DNA of 63,111 nt, filler included, from Licmophora abbreviata (GCA_900291995.1; 14 parts of 14 records of this genome joined end to end with filler, not necessarily neighbours in it), one strand, 5' to 3'. Counted from the first letter of the whole stretch, positions 48,215 through 60,534 are shown. Translations and numbers: made by a program. Notes: generated from the letters alone by a model not told the origin.

Positions 48215-48596
48215 GGTCGAAACGAACAGGCAAGTGGATAGTCTCGTTGTGATGAATGCTCGTCGCGACGAGGTCAACTTCGATGATGTTGCGATGTGTC
48301 TTATGTCGATCTGTGGCTGATGTGCGATGATCTGTTGACGCGCGGTCGCGCGACGAAAGAAGAGGAGAGCCCCGCCCGCTGGGATTTTGCGAACGACTCA
48401 GCTCGCATCAGAACCAATAGCTTCATATCATTTCGGCGGTTATAGCTTGTGGACACCAGTTGGGGCAAGGCGCCTCCTGTGGAACGAAATCTAGGGCAGT
48501 AAAGAGCCGACAATCGCGCTCCTGCCATGAACGAGAAGGAGTAGTACGATTCTGAACTTGTATATCGAAGCTAACCTTTTTGCTTCTAGAAAATAA

Positions 48597-49842
48597 CTAG
48601 AATGGAAGCGCTTTCCCGGCCCAGTCGTACAAGCCCCCACTATGTTCCTCCGTCATGGATTCAATCACATTGAGCAGTTGATTCGTGGTGAAGTCTACCG
48701 GAAACAGGCGACCTTCCTGTACGTTCCTCTGGAATGGCTTGCTGAGATCGGAATCGGTCGTCCCTGGATGCAGCGCACAGGTCATGGTCCCCTGTCGTTT
48801 CAGCTCGTGTGCCATGGTTCTCGTTGCCTGATTCAACGCCGATTTGGAGAATCGGTACGAATACCATCCACCCAACTCATTGTCTGAAATCGACCCCACC
48901 CGCGCACTCAAGCTGGCAATCACCGACACGGGTCGAGGTTCGTCGTTGTGTTTTCCGTGCCTTTTCGTCTTCATCAGCGGCGCCAGCTCTTTGCTCAACA
49001 TGACAGGACCAATTGCATTAACTGCCATTGTCTTTTCAACCCATTTCCTATCCATCTTAGATAGAGACCGTTCTGGACCAGGCGTAGAGCTACCGTCACC
49101 CAGTAAGCCGGCGACGTTGAGTAGTATATCTACTCGATCGAACATGTCGCGAATGGTTGTGGCCGCAGCTTCAATCGACGATTGATCTTCCAGGTCCAAC
49201 TGCACTATCCTGACACGTCCGCTATTCCCCGAAGATTCTAGTGATGCGAGAAATTCATTCAAACCCGTCGCTGTGTCTGGTGACCTGCAGCACGCGACGA
49301 TTGTACCCTGAACGACGGCAGAGTACATGAGATATAAAACCTCGGATTAGCGCTATGGCATCGGCACTCCAATTCATNNNNNNNNNNNNNNNNNNNNNNN
49401 NNNNNNNNNNNNNNNNNNNNNTTAATTAATTAANNNNNNNNNNNNNNNNNNNNNNNNNNNNNNNNNNNNNNNNNNNNAAATTTACCCTCGTCGTACATAC
49501 CTCGGTTCTACCGACAAGATCCTTGATAAACTGTAGTCCGATACCACGAGACCCTCCACTGACCACAAAGACAGCATTCGGGTCTTGGTTGCGTTTTCTC
49601 GCGTCCGAGTCGGCCGACGTGCCGACTGCAAAGTCAATATCTCTATAGATTGACACTCCTTTCGACGCAGGTGGCTCTGGAGGAGTAAACGAAGACGATG
49701 AAAAGAGTCGAGTTGAGCTTTCTGTTCCCAAGATTGACTTTTGCGTCGACAGAAGAACTGATGGCGCGGCCTGTCGCTCCGATGCAAATCGGAATGCCAT
49801 ACTGGCCATGCATGTTCGTTTCACCGCCGCTCTAACGATCAT
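48597..49842 (-). CDS. Short-chain dehydrogenase/reductase (C-factor/CsgA-like) with a mitochondrial-type presequence
   Basis: VSGGSRGIG, LLNVAG, SARVGSI, YSYRFSK (YxxxK), LHPGTTDSDLS. Exons 49842-49501 and 49307-48597; the gap lies within the intron. Confidence 0.88.
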
Positions 49843-50288
49843 CGTATTTCACGCGTTCCTGTTGTAACTTTAGAGCTTCCGGTGCTCTTTCCAGCATGGC
49901 GCGTGATTGATGACAACAATAGGTCGCCATTGTGAGCTCCAGCGCAGTGCTCCGAAGCGTCATGGTGTCGTAACAATGAGAGACACAGCAACGACTGAGT
50001 CAGTGTCTGTCTGTCGCGCGTACATTCTGGACCCCGCGACGTCTTCAAACCGGTACCATCAGGCACCTCGCAGGAAAGCTAGACTCTGACAATCAGTTGG
50101 ATTATGTACTGTTAGGCGCATGATGCATGTAAAACGGCAATCAATGGACAGGAAATAGTTTTATTGAAGCAAACTAAGCCTTTGATACGATAGACATGCT
50201 CTATACAACAGTTAATTTTCCCACTCGATCACATTTCATCATCGCATATAACGACATTGCCACAACCATCATCAAGACGCCCTTGATC

Positions 50289-51169
50289 TCACAGTTGGCT
50301 ATAATCAGATAGCGACTCTCCACTCGTATCGACTGACCCTGGTGATGCTAGTTGAGGAATCGCTGTCTCTTGAACGGGGTCGTTGTAAGTCAAGAACGCA
50401 TCTCGTGTGAACCTGTCAAAACAAAGTAGGCCGAACACAAAGTAGGCCAGGGAGCAAAGCAGTCTGTCGTGAACAGATAGCGAAGAGCGTAAGTTTTGAA
50501 ACGACGTCTGATCATACACTCCGATCTATCAACAATTGCGCTCATTCATACGTACAATACAAAAGAGGTGACCATTTGAAAGGCGACAGTGCTGTGCGGA
50601 ATCTCCGAGGTTACTGATTGGTCATACCGATCATCGTCGATGTATCCATCGTTCCATGTTTTTTGACTCGCATGAAGGGGACTCGCACTGGTGATAGCCG
50701 TAATGAAAAAAAGCAAAAGCGATCGAGGCACAAAGCCCTTGAACCCTGGAAAGTGCTTGAAGAGCGGGACAAACTCGAGTTCAATCGAAAGTGCCATGAT
50801 AGCCAATACAAGCCCATAGATCCGAATGATTGTATCGCGAGGACCACCCACTTTGAGATCAACCACCGAGCTTGCCATAAACTTAACAAAGACAATGTAC
50901 ATGGTGTCGGCAATGATGGTAAAGAAAAGAAAGAGAACGGTGACCGTCTTCAAGATGCGCAGCAAAATTAGCATTTGCATGGGCGTGAAGCATTTCCCAG
51001 TGCAGCCGACAATGACTCTCGTGATCTTGGCAATGCAGGACTCATCCGCTTTCGGAACATCGATCCCGTTCGTATTCAGCCTGTTGCTCAAGCCGGGTGA
51101 CCGCATGCCGCTCGGTGTCGACGATGCGACTCCCGGCGCGCTCGTCGAATTCAACGAGACGCCCATCAT
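50289..51169 (-). CDS. Multi-pass membrane protein, COPI-associated/TVP15-like
   Basis: Several TM segments, IIRIYGLVLAIMALSIELE...FVPRSLLLFF. Intron 50555-50464 joins in frame. Confidence 0.6.
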
Positions 51170-51705
51170 TATTTGATAGCGGTGTAATGCGGACAGCAGA
51201 TGCCGAGGATAATCACAGCCGTTGTCGATAGAGGAAGGAAGGGAGGCGACAAGGAAAATCCTTTCTCAGCAGTCAGCGGTGTCGCTGTGCAGAGGAGTGA
51301 CTTCTAGAGGCGCGACGACGACCACAAAAGGCATCTTATGTACCGCCAAAATAACAACGTGACACACATGGAAGAAAAATTCAAATCGTCGAACAGACAC
51401 ACTTTGGCGGACGCGCGCGACAACGGCAAAGGCACATATGATTGATAGTATAATATCTTTTATACAAGTTGTATGATCGACAGTATATGAGAACACCTTC
51501 TACAGACACGACTGACAAGATGCGGAACAAAAGAAGGATGGCATTCATCACTCAATTCATTCGTTGTTCACCTGCTCAACACACAAAGCCATCTCATCGC
51601 AAACAATCAATCATCTTCCAAATCTGCTTCATGGATCACTCTGTTTGCCCCGCCACAGTACTTCAGCTTACAACGAAGACTGCATCTGAAACGTCGACCG
51701 AAACT

Positions 51706-51903
51706 ATGTCACAAGAACGATCGAACCGTTGGAAAGCGTGGCAGCACAACCCTGTGGTTGTTGCCGTCCTGACGGGAAATGTGATGCGTGACTGCCGCGA
51801 AGTTATCAACTTACATAATGAGTGTCTTGCAAATGGATCAAATGATCACATCTGCAGCGCCGCGTCCAACGATGTCAAAGATTTTTTACGAAGGCATGGG
51901 TAG
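51706..51903 (+). CDS. Small hypothetical protein (65 aa) with Cx9Cx9C spacing
   Basis: MSQERSNRWKAWQHNPVVVAVLTG...C-x9-C-x9-C; lies divergent from the 51169 gene. The start is uncertain. Confidence 0.4.
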   Translation: MSQERSNRWKAWQHNPVVVAVLTGNVMRDCREVINLHNECLANGSNDHICSAASNDVKDFLRRHG

Positions 51904-52182
51904 ACGCATGAGGCATCCCGCCGAAATTGAGTCTTGACCCGATCAGAGTCCTCAATCTGGCTTTTCACTTGGACATCATCTGATGGTGTAACAATATGAG
52001 AAAAAAGGAAGAGTTCGCAGCGCCTATGTTGCTAGTCCGACCATACCCGTAATTACATAGTTCTTCAAGCCTGTTTGTTCTANNNNNNNNNNNNNNNNNN
52101 NNNNNNNNNNNNNNNNNNNNNNNNNNTTAATTAATTAANNNNNNNNNNNNNNNNNNNNNNNNNNNNNNNNNNNNNNNNNNNN

Positions 52183-53544
52183 CCTCTGTTAGTCCCGCCG
52201 AACTCACTCGGAACGCAATGCTATCCCTTCCCGAGTCCGTGCTCTTCACAAGAGTCGCTTTTCGAATCTGTCCTGCGGCTAGGCCCTCGATAAACGGAGC
52301 GTCACCCCGAGAATCGCTGAGGCAGTACGGATCTCGTTCGTGTTCCAGAAGGAGTCGTGTTGAGACGCAATGGTGCCATGACGTTCCAAGTGCGGCTTGA
52401 ACGGCGACAAAGTCTCCCTTGGTGCTTTCACTCGACGCACCGTCGACTCCAACCTGATTGATCACGACGATGGCAATCTGAAGTTGATCTGCAAGACGTT
52501 TGAGTATTTGGGCGATCTGTAGCACAGAAGAAGCCCGCTGTGGCGCCGATTCCTTTCCAAATTCTCGTCGTGCTGGAGCGGCAATGCTATCCAGAACGAC
52601 CAGTCCGACAGGACAGTTGCTCTGAGGGGATGCTTCGGCGTCCTCATTCCGCAATAGAATCTCTTCTTCAATCCCGTGCACTACCGCGAGCAACTCGTTT
52701 GTCGATCCTGGAGTATGCACCGTCACATTTTCTAGTACCTGCCGCGCACTTTTGAACGGTCGTGGATCGATATCCTGAGGCCGTGGGGCTTTGCCTGCGT
52801 CATCGTGTTGCTCTTGGGCCGACATCGCTGCATAATACGAGAATCGTTCACCGTCTTCCACATCCATCTGCGATGTCCCGGGCGGGATGGGCAATGCCAT
52901 GGACCGTTCCTGTGCCATCTCTTTTAGCCTACCAAGACTTAGTTTCCGTTCCGTGTCGATGTACACACTACCGAGATCATACTTTGCTGCCACAACACAG
53001 AGCTGAAGGGCTAGCTGAGTCTTGCATGTAGATGAGCGACCAAAAATCTCCGACACCATGCCAACTCGGAATCCACCGCGTAAACAAGCATCCAATGGTG
53101 CCATCCCCGTTTGAAGATACCGCATTTTGCTTGATGGTAGAGTTTTGTACAGCGAAAGTGCCCGCACAGGAGCAGGGGAGCAGGCGATGCAAATCCGTCG
53201 GACAAGCTCCTCGCACTCGTCTACAGATACGATATGGTGGGGCGAAGCGGGTGAGAAAGCTTGGTTTGAGCAAACTCCATTGACTTGGATTGCCTCTGTT
53301 ACGTACAGTATGTGAGTAGTGGATCTGTAGCTCGCAACAGAGAGACCAATGACATTTTGAGTAGCTCTCCGACTGTCGTGATAGACTCATCATTGCCGGA
53401 AGATGACTTCCCTGACACTTGTTTCAATTTCACGCACATTCTTCGACGCAACGTTTCGGAGTCCATCGGTTCTTCTGTATGAGCTGTCAGATTTGTGAAT
53501 ATGTCGAGCGGGAGCCTTGCGAGGCTTCGATGAGATGCGCTCAT
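52183..53544 (-). CDS. RAD51 paralog (RAD51B-like) recombinase; last codons in the gap
   Basis: Exons 53544-53307 and 53220-gap. TGMAPLDACLRGG, Walker A GRSSTCKT, VYIDTE, Walker B LVVLDSIA, VINQV, AALGTSWHHCVSTRLLL. Confidence 0.87.
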
Positions 53545-53863
53545 TGTGAACAACGCTTCCCGTCGAGGCAGCGATGGTTCGAAACTGGCGAGAAACTCTC
53601 GTCAACAATAGAGTCAGTCGTCGTGGGTTTCAAGGTCTAAACAATCCAATACGCAGCGAGCGAGGAGTGTACAAGGGAGTAGTCTGCCGCAACTGTAAAC
53701 GGGAGAATATGACTGGAGAGGCAGCCGAGACAAAGGACGCAATNNNNNNNNNNNNNNNNNNNNNNNNNNNNNNNNNNNNNNNNNNNNTTAATTAATTAAN
53801 NNNNNNNNNNNNNNNNNNNNNNNNNNNNNNNNNNNNNNNNNNNGACATATGACAAAAGGAGAG

Positions 53864-53935
53864 TACGGTGTGCAAGATTTGAACTCGCGGCCTTTTGCAT
53901 CGGAAACAAATGCGCTGCCACTGCGCCAACACCGC
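53864..53935 (-). tRNA. tRNA-Arg(CCG)
   Basis: Cloverleaf on the minus strand: GCGGTGT-TG-GCGC(AGTGGCA)GCGC-A-TTTGT(TT CCG AT)GCAAA-AGGCC-GCGAG(TTCAAAT)CTTGC-ACACCGT-A. A TTTT Pol III terminator follows within a few nt. Confidence 0.85.
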
Positions 53936-54171
53936 GTTTTACGTAAAAACTGTACTGGGGAAGGGCAGGCTGAACTATTTGAACACAGGAAAATTGACAG
54001 CCTCCCCATTGTCCCTCAGAGATACCGATAGGTAGAGTCTTCTACCACCTCTAGGCGATCACGCCACCCGTCCAGCATCCCTTGGCAATCCTATGTGATG
54101 CATACAAGCAGTGTTCTGAGGATGACAGTCTCTTTATTAGACGTTCCACAATTATCGTGTGGAATAGACTC

Positions 54172-54750
54172 TTAGACCTTGAAACCACGAGATCCACGAC
54201 GACCACGAGCCCGCTCGAACTTGCGTCCCTTGGAGCGCACGTACGGCTTGACGCCATCGTGAGTATGAGGGTTGCTGACAGAAGTGCTGTGTCCAAAGTG
54301 AGCAAGAGCTTTACGAGATTTGGGGCCTCGGAGGAGAACCGTGTTGGTTCCCTTGGGCGCGCGGAGAGCAAGCTGGTCAAAGGTGAGGCACTCGCCTCCG
54401 GCTGCGACGATGCGCTTTCGTGCATTCTCCGTGAAGCCAAGAGCACACACCGACATCTTTGGACAGTCCAACATACGAACATCGTCCGTCACCTTGCCGA
54501 CAATCACTGCAGTCTTGCCCTCCTTGTTGGTCATGTATTTGGCGAGACGATGGAGGCCAATAGGCGGCTGGTTCAGCTTGCTCATATGCAACCTCTTCAA
54601 GACCGTGGCACAGAATTTTGAGTCCGTTCGGCGGGCGAGGAACTTATACAGCTTGATCAACAAACGGTTGTAAGGGTTGGCGGTCTTGACGACCTTCATG
54701 GAGCTTTTGTGCCCCACGCGGCGTCCGCCGGCTTTCAAATCAATTCCCAT
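54172..54750 (-). CDS. RPL18: 60S ribosomal protein eL18
   Basis: MGIDL...[13 protein letters not shown]...VGKVTDDVR...[17 protein letters not shown]...[18 protein letters not shown]. Confidence 0.98.
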   Translation of the reverse strand: MGIDLKAGGRRVGHKSSMKVVKTANPYNRLLIKLYKFLARRTDSKFCATVLKRLHMSKLNQPPIGLHRLAKYMTNKEGKTAVIVGKVTDDVRMLDCPKMSVCALGFTENARKRIVAAGGECLTFDQLALRAPKGTNTVLLRGPKSRKALAHFGHSTSVSNPHTHDGVKPYVRSKGRKFERARGRRGSRGFKV

Positions 54751-55548
54751 TTTGACAGAAAATCACAACCTGGGATTGAAGATGAAGAACAATTAACAAA
54801 ATAAAGTAAGAAACTGTTCAAACGAATCGATGTAGCTAAGAAGGGCGGAAAGAGCTTCGATGAAAAACGGACAATCCACCATCACAGTCAACCCGCGGCA
54901 ATTGACCACCACGAATAGTCGGACGTCGACCAGACGCGTCTCGTACGTTCATGGCTCGACGTATCGTCGCTCCTCTGCATTCAAGCCGCACAATAGATTC
55001 ATCCGTCCGTATCATTTGTAAGGTACCCTTCTACCTATGTCGGATGCTAAAACACATACACCGCCATGGTCACCGCACCTTTCAAGAAGTCGAATGTTGG
55101 TTGTACTGACCTCTCTCTGCGGTGACCGTGCGCCGCCGTAGAACGCGTACGCGAGCTTGTATTTTATACTGCTTGTACGCGTTTCTACGTGACGCAACAG
55201 TAAGCGGTAACTGCAAGTTTTCTCTGACAGACGTACAGACCTGCGTCCAGGCGAGAGATGCCTTTTCATCCCTACGTTTGTAACTGGACTCGCCTCCACC
55301 TCCTCATCGCTCCATATATTGTGCCGGTAGGACGAAAACAGGAGATAGCTTTGTGCGGTACTAGAGACAAATTGGTCACAATGCAGCAGTCGCTAGATAT
55401 GCGATACTGAGACCGACGCTAGGCCGATCGTTCACGTGAGCTGAAAGCNNNNNNNNNNNNNNNNNNNNNNNNNNNNNNNNNNNNNNNNNNNNTTAATTAA
55501 TTAANNNNNNNNNNNNNNNNNNNNNNNNNNNNNNNNNNNNNNNNNNNN

Positions 55549-56061
55549 TTCTGTGGAGCTATTGAAATGTCAGGATTTCTAGATCTGAAGTGCACTGTGA
55601 TGAAGGGTGGAATGAAGATGCTCCCAGCTGTGGGCCCCAGCCCCCTTAGCGTCAACCCGATCTTTGAGATCGGTCCCCTAGAACCACGCTTCTCGGAATG
55701 GCTAGTCTTCGAGGGGATTTCTGTTGACGAGAAAGGTGGACAACACTTCCTTGATGCCACTGTGGCTTACAAACGCGCCGTGCTAAACTGCATCAAGTAC
55801 CTTGCTCAGTTCGGATACACCGAAGAACAGGTGTACTTACTCCTCTCTTGCTGTCCTTGCGAAGGGCGCATTTCAGGAATCGTGGACGTCCCCAACGCGT
55901 GCGCTACGCTGGCCATCCCACTGGCTATTTTCGATCGAGACGTGCGTCCTACGAGCGAAACGAAATTGGCTGCGCTGGCGAATGGGATCAAGTTGCTGAA
56001 CAAGAATGTATGCATGTCAGAAGAAGGGGGAGCGGTCCCGTACGATCCTCGTCTCGAGTAA
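55549..56061 (+). CDS. Formamidase/acetamidase (FmdA/AmdA family), C-terminal part; 5' end in the gap
   Basis: CGAIEMSG, FEGISVDE, LDATVAYKRAVLNCIKYL, YLLLSCCPCEGRISGIVDVPNACATL. Confidence 0.9.
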   Translation, partial: FCGAIEMSGFLDLKCTVMKGGMKMLPAVGPSPLSVNPIFEIGPLEPRFSEWLVFEGISVDEKGGQHFLDATVAYKRAVLNCIKYLAQFGYTEEQVYLLLSCCPCEGRISGIVDVPNACATLAIPLAIFDRDVRPTSETKLAALANGIKLLNKNVCMSEEGGAVPYDPRLE

Positions 56062-56213
56062 AAGTACAGAAGGTCCTCGCGACGGACGTTCCAGGAGACC
56101 AAGAAGAAACTAATTTTTATGTCATCATTTTGTACATTATACTCGCAATTCATTTCACGAACGCTGCGTTGTTTTGTCCTCTCAACACTACAAACATAAA
56201 ACACACACACGTG

Positions 56214-57207
56214 TCATATTGCTGCAGCTCGGGTCAACAGTTCTATACACTTGTCGAGACCCTTCAATTCATCCCGGGTCGCCCCATGCATCGCTTCCAT
56301 CTTTCGTAAAGACAGTGCAAACTCCAGGGGTGTCGCATCGCTGCACTTGACCGACTTGCGCGAGTCCTTGTACAGACGAAAGCGCCCAGTGCATCGAATC
56401 TGTGTGGAAGCTCCTTTGCGGAGCAAGTATTCTACCACGGTAGGCATGCCCCTCGCCGCAGCGACGCAGAGTGCTGTGAGGGTGGACTGGGGCGACTCCT
56501 GCGTCGCAACATTCGCGTCGCCTCCACGACGCCCCACCAACTCGTGGACGCACTGCAGGATGGCACTTTCCCGGACGCGACGCGCTCGACAGCATTCCAC
56601 CAAGAATGTCCCTCCTGTTTTCGTTGTATCGTTGAGTCGGAGGTGAGGACCATATTCCTCAAGTATCTGACACAATCGACGATGAGTCAAGTGTTGTTTG
56701 GTCACAGTACATTGACACAATTCTTCCAGATAGTAGTAGGCGATTTGTGTGTTGGTGAGAATCATCTTGTGCGCGTCCCGCACTCGCTGAAGAGGTTCCA
56801 ATTTCAATCGCTTCGATGTTCTGCGAGTCTTTTCATGACGATGATGCGCTATATTCTGAACTCCGTAGTCTCCCTCCAAGACGGCGTCCAACAAGGCTGG
56901 ACTGCGGTGCAGCAGCGTATCGAAGGTGTGAGAGCACAGCGGCGCGAGCTGATGGCAAATTACGTGACATCGGTGCGTAGGGCCAGCCACGAAAGTCAAT
57001 ACATGATACAACAGGACTTCTGGTAGTTCTGACACTGGAAATGTCGATGAGACTGCGGCTGGTGAGGACANNNNNNNNNNNNNNNNNNNNNNNNNNNNNN
57101 NNNNNNNNNNNNNNTTAATTAATTAANNNNNNNNNNNNNNNNNNNNNNNNNNNNNNNNNNNNNNNNNNNNCTGGAAATGTCGATGAGACTGCGGCTGGTG
57201 AGGACAT
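56214..57207 (-). CDS. F-box-like plus ankyrin-repeat protein; its start lies across the gap
   Basis: A 36-nt overlap (57035-57070 = 57171-57206) closes the gap and gives MSSPAAVSSTFPVSELPEVLLYHVLTFV (F-box-like). Ankyrin motifs TALCVAAARGMPTVVEYLLRKGA and TPLEFA. Confidence 0.75.
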
Positions 57208-57513
57208 TATGGGCTCCATACAATGCAGTGGTCGTCTTCGTCCGGCAACGAAAAAGTTGTGTCATGGTTGCGACACCGACCGAGGTCATATCTGCGGAAT
57301 GTGGAATTTGAAATTTGAAAAATTTGGTAGCAGCTCTCCGTACAAAGCGGGCGTACAATCTGCGTAAAACTCTCCGCCCAACGCTTCAAGACGAACTTGA
57401 AGATCTCTCTGACGCTGTGCTGCTGGAAGTTCGCCGTCGACGATGGTCACTATGTTAAACAGCAGTATCATCCCGCAATCTTGATTGTTTGTTACCTCCG
57501 ACTCTTTCCAGAC

Positions 57514-58044
57514 ATGACACTTCCGTCTGCTGCCGCTGGAAGCGAAGAGCTACCCGTGACGGTCGAGAATAGCGATGAATTACTTCTTGCCAACACGACG
57601 AATCTTGAACAGCACGATTCGTCAGCATCAGCCAGTGAGGATGCGCCTCGTCGCGAATCTTCCTCACTGATGCTCCAAGAACACAATGACGACGTCGACG
57701 ACGACGACGTGACAATCATTGGTTTAGACCTAGATCCAGAGAATGCATCCAGAGAATCCTTGCAGGCCATGGCATGGATGGAACAGAATGGCCCCGAGAT
57801 GGAAGAGCGACGTCGCAATGTCTTGCTTCGGGAACTGCAGCGCGTACAACGAGCTAGTTTCATTCACTTTTTTCTCCTCTGCTTGGTCCCCACCGCCCTG
57901 CTCTTTATTGTCATCGCGACGGTCCTGGGCGAGGAGGAGGAATGTCAATCGGAAGCGACGATTTGTACGCAGGAAGCAAGGACATTTATCAACGCTTTCA
58001 CGACGCGGTGCATTTGCGATGCTATTGATGTGGCGGGTGGATAA
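57514..58044 (+). CDS. Hypothetical single-pass membrane protein with a Cys-rich C-terminus
   Basis: Acidic N-terminus, helix RRRNVLLRELQRVQR, TM FIHFFLLCLVPTALLFIVIATVL, and four Cys after the TM. Confidence 0.65.
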   Translation: MTLPSAAAGSEELPVTVENSDELLLANTTNLEQHDSSASASEDAPRRESSSLMLQEHNDDVDDDDVTIIGLDLDPENASRESLQAMAWMEQNGPEMEERRRNVLLRELQRVQRASFIHFFLLCLVPTALLFIVIATVLGEEEECQSEATICTQEARTFINAFTTRCICDAIDVAGG

Positions 58045-58341
58045 AAAAGTGGGTTGGGAACTACTTGGAAGGGGAGTGTAGCAGCAGTGTAAGTTAACAC
58101 TTGGTATGATCAATAGTCTAGAGTATTTGGCGAGGAATAGTGGTGTCAAAGTCGCTCTGGAATAAGAAAGAAAGATAGTCGATCATCTCGTCATGCTGCT
58201 TTACGTTAACGTGCTAGTATCTCAATCTCAAGCAGAGCCATTAGTATTGCGTTCTCGATTGAAAACCACTTAATCTTCCTTGGCTCAACATCAAAAGACC
58301 CTAATCTGTATCCTGAACAAGAATAGTAATTCGCTTGCTGC

Positions 58342-59691
58342 TTATCCCATGACTAGCTCAATGCGAACGTCGGGAGACTCTTCGTTCATGGTCTTGCATG
58401 TTTGAAAGCGCATGGTGAAAGTCGTATCGCGCTCGCCATGGGTGGAAGAGGCGTATAGATCGACCGTAGTCTTGGGTCTGGGCGGAACAGCATTTACTTG
58501 GACACTGTAGATCAAAAAGAGAGTGTAGGACAACGATGTGAGACATCATATTCGCTGCGGGCAGGACACGGTTGACGGGCTACGGGCGTCATTCACAACT
58601 TACACTCGCGCCTCTTTTACTTTGAGACATCCTACATCGGATGAATCCCGCCAAGATGACGTGCTTCCCTTGCGGTTGAAGGCGTTCGGCTCGTCACCGT
58701 CCACGGGCGACAGTCGAACCCTCACCAAACCGTCCCCAAGTGTTCCAGAGCTATCTGAAAACGAACGTGGTTCATGAACACACCGTTCCATGACAACTGT
58801 ACAAGCCCGATAGGAGGAACCGAGCGACCTCCCGTCGACAATGTCTTGGGCGAGAACTTCCACAATAGCTCGAACCTCCAGGGAGAGCGGCAGTGTTGCC
58901 GATCCACCATTCGTACTGGCTTTGAGAATACGCGTTGTGGGACTCCCTACTGTCATGACAAAGGCAAGTTTGGGCATTTTCCACGATGAAATGCGAAGCG
59001 ATACATCGTCGTCCTTCTTTTCGTCGCCAGCATGAAGCTGCGTTGCGATTGAGTTAACGAACAATGCCAGCTCCGTCTCGACACATGCACGATCTGGAGT
59101 CTTGAGAGCAGATTCAATAATGTTCAAGTAAGAGTCTGCTTGTCTCTCGGCAAGTGAAGCTCGACAGGATGTGACAGAGTCGGGTCCATGTCCAGTGTGC
59201 TCGAGGAGACACTGCACGTCGTCCACCATGGACGTCATGTCGTTCTGTAGCGAGCCACGGCATGCATCGTTCAAGAGAGACTTGTTTCTACTCCAGTCGT
59301 CTACTTCGTCGAGAAGGTCAACAGATCGCTCCGAGATACTGCGCAACGAGGACGTCAGGGCGCTGTCTTCATCGCTGAAACGTCTCAACGGCTTCTCTTG
59401 GGCGGGAAAAGCCTTTCGCTTCTTTAGGCGATCGAAGGCCGGTGGAGGAGTCGACAACAACATGTCTTCTTCTTCTCTTGGTGTCGGAGTCATATGCTTG
59501 TTTCTGGTCCAAGGTTCGGGAGCGAAGGACTCTCTGTGTATCACAAGACTTGCTTGACACGTTTCGATCAACGTGGGTCGTCGATGTGGATGTATGATGC
59601 CGTGACGCGGGAATGGATAGGGCTTTTCTGTTCGCTCGCCTTTTGATGTCATGTCACTTGGCTCGTACAAAGAGATGTCCAAATCGGTCAT
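58342..59691 (-). CDS. Hypothetical protein (two exons)
   Basis: Long ORF; intron 58603-58505 (GTAAGT...CTACAG) joins in frame to the 58342 ORF. No recognisable motif. Confidence 0.55.
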
Positions 59692-60062
59692 TCGCAAATT
59701 CAATCTCGAGTATTCCCACTATTCATGCATGAGATATGTATACTGAAATGCCGTAGAATTGTACGGAAGAAGAATTTCGAAAGAATCATCGTCATCCATT
59801 CTCTTGCGTCGCGTGTCATCTCGCGCGATGTGTCTCACATCTGTCGGTCGTCGGCCAGATCAGTCACCACGCACTTTCTTTGATGTGAACGTCATCGCAC
59901 CGCGATGATGACACAATGAGAATTTTCTCACTATCTGAACTCCGTTGTCGTCGTATGCAACAGCGATAGCGTTGGCGCAATACACTTCTTGTGACAACAT
60001 CCTACGAAGCCTTCTTCACGATATACTCTTGTATCCCACTCTTGCTTTGACATCAATTCACC

Positions 60063-60534
60063 ATGAAGACCGTATCGTTTGTTGTTTCTGTCTGCCTGGT
60101 GGTCGTCATGACTGTCCTGTCCACGGCTGATGCTTTTGTGCCCTTGTCTACTACCAAGGTATCCTTTGCTCGTGCCTCCAATACCAAGCCGCTCAAGATG
60201 GGATTCATGGGCGACGAAAAACCTCCAGAACTCACACGTGACAACGAACCCGAAGAGTACTTTGCGACGTGAGTAGCACACAGCATAATACTGTCGACCA
60301 AGTTATATAGTTTGTCATACACCGCATCGGACGTCTCGAATCAATGAGCACATTCGCTGACCTAGAAAGCTATGAGCGTATCTTCTCACCGTATACCCTC
60401 ATCTATAACTCAAACTCTACAGAAACACGGACAAAATGACGGATCAGGAAAAACTCCCGATTGCCATTGCGGGAGTGGCGTTCATTTCGTTGCCCTTCAT
60501 TGCCGGATTGATTGCGCTATATGCTGCCAAGTAG
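60063..60534 (+). CDS. Small plastid-targeted single-TM protein
   Basis: Signal ending ADA|FVP (ASAFAP-type), Ser/Thr-rich transit peptide, intron 60269-60422. Mature part TRDNEPEEYFATNTDKMTDQEKLPIAIAGVAFISLPFIAGLIALYAAK. Confidence 0.8.

Noticed and set aside
54082..54621. 179-aa plus-strand ORF
   Set aside because: Antisense to RPL18.
54751..55448. Possible intronic snoRNA upstream of RPL18
   Set aside because: A 5'-UTR acceptor-like site exists near 54770, but no convincing C/D or H/ACA box pair was found by eye.
21545..56061. Bacterial contamination or a recent HGT island, suggested by SmpB, Obg, GrpE and formamidase
   Set aside because: These genes are interspersed with intron-containing eukaryotic genes, SmpB and GrpE carry targeting peptides, GrpE has an intron, and there is no operon structure.
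4946..57170. TTAATTAATTAA repeated 13 times, as a possible biological repeat or CRISPR-like element
   Set aside because: It is always centred in exactly 100 nt of N spacer and is a six-frame stop linker added during assembly.
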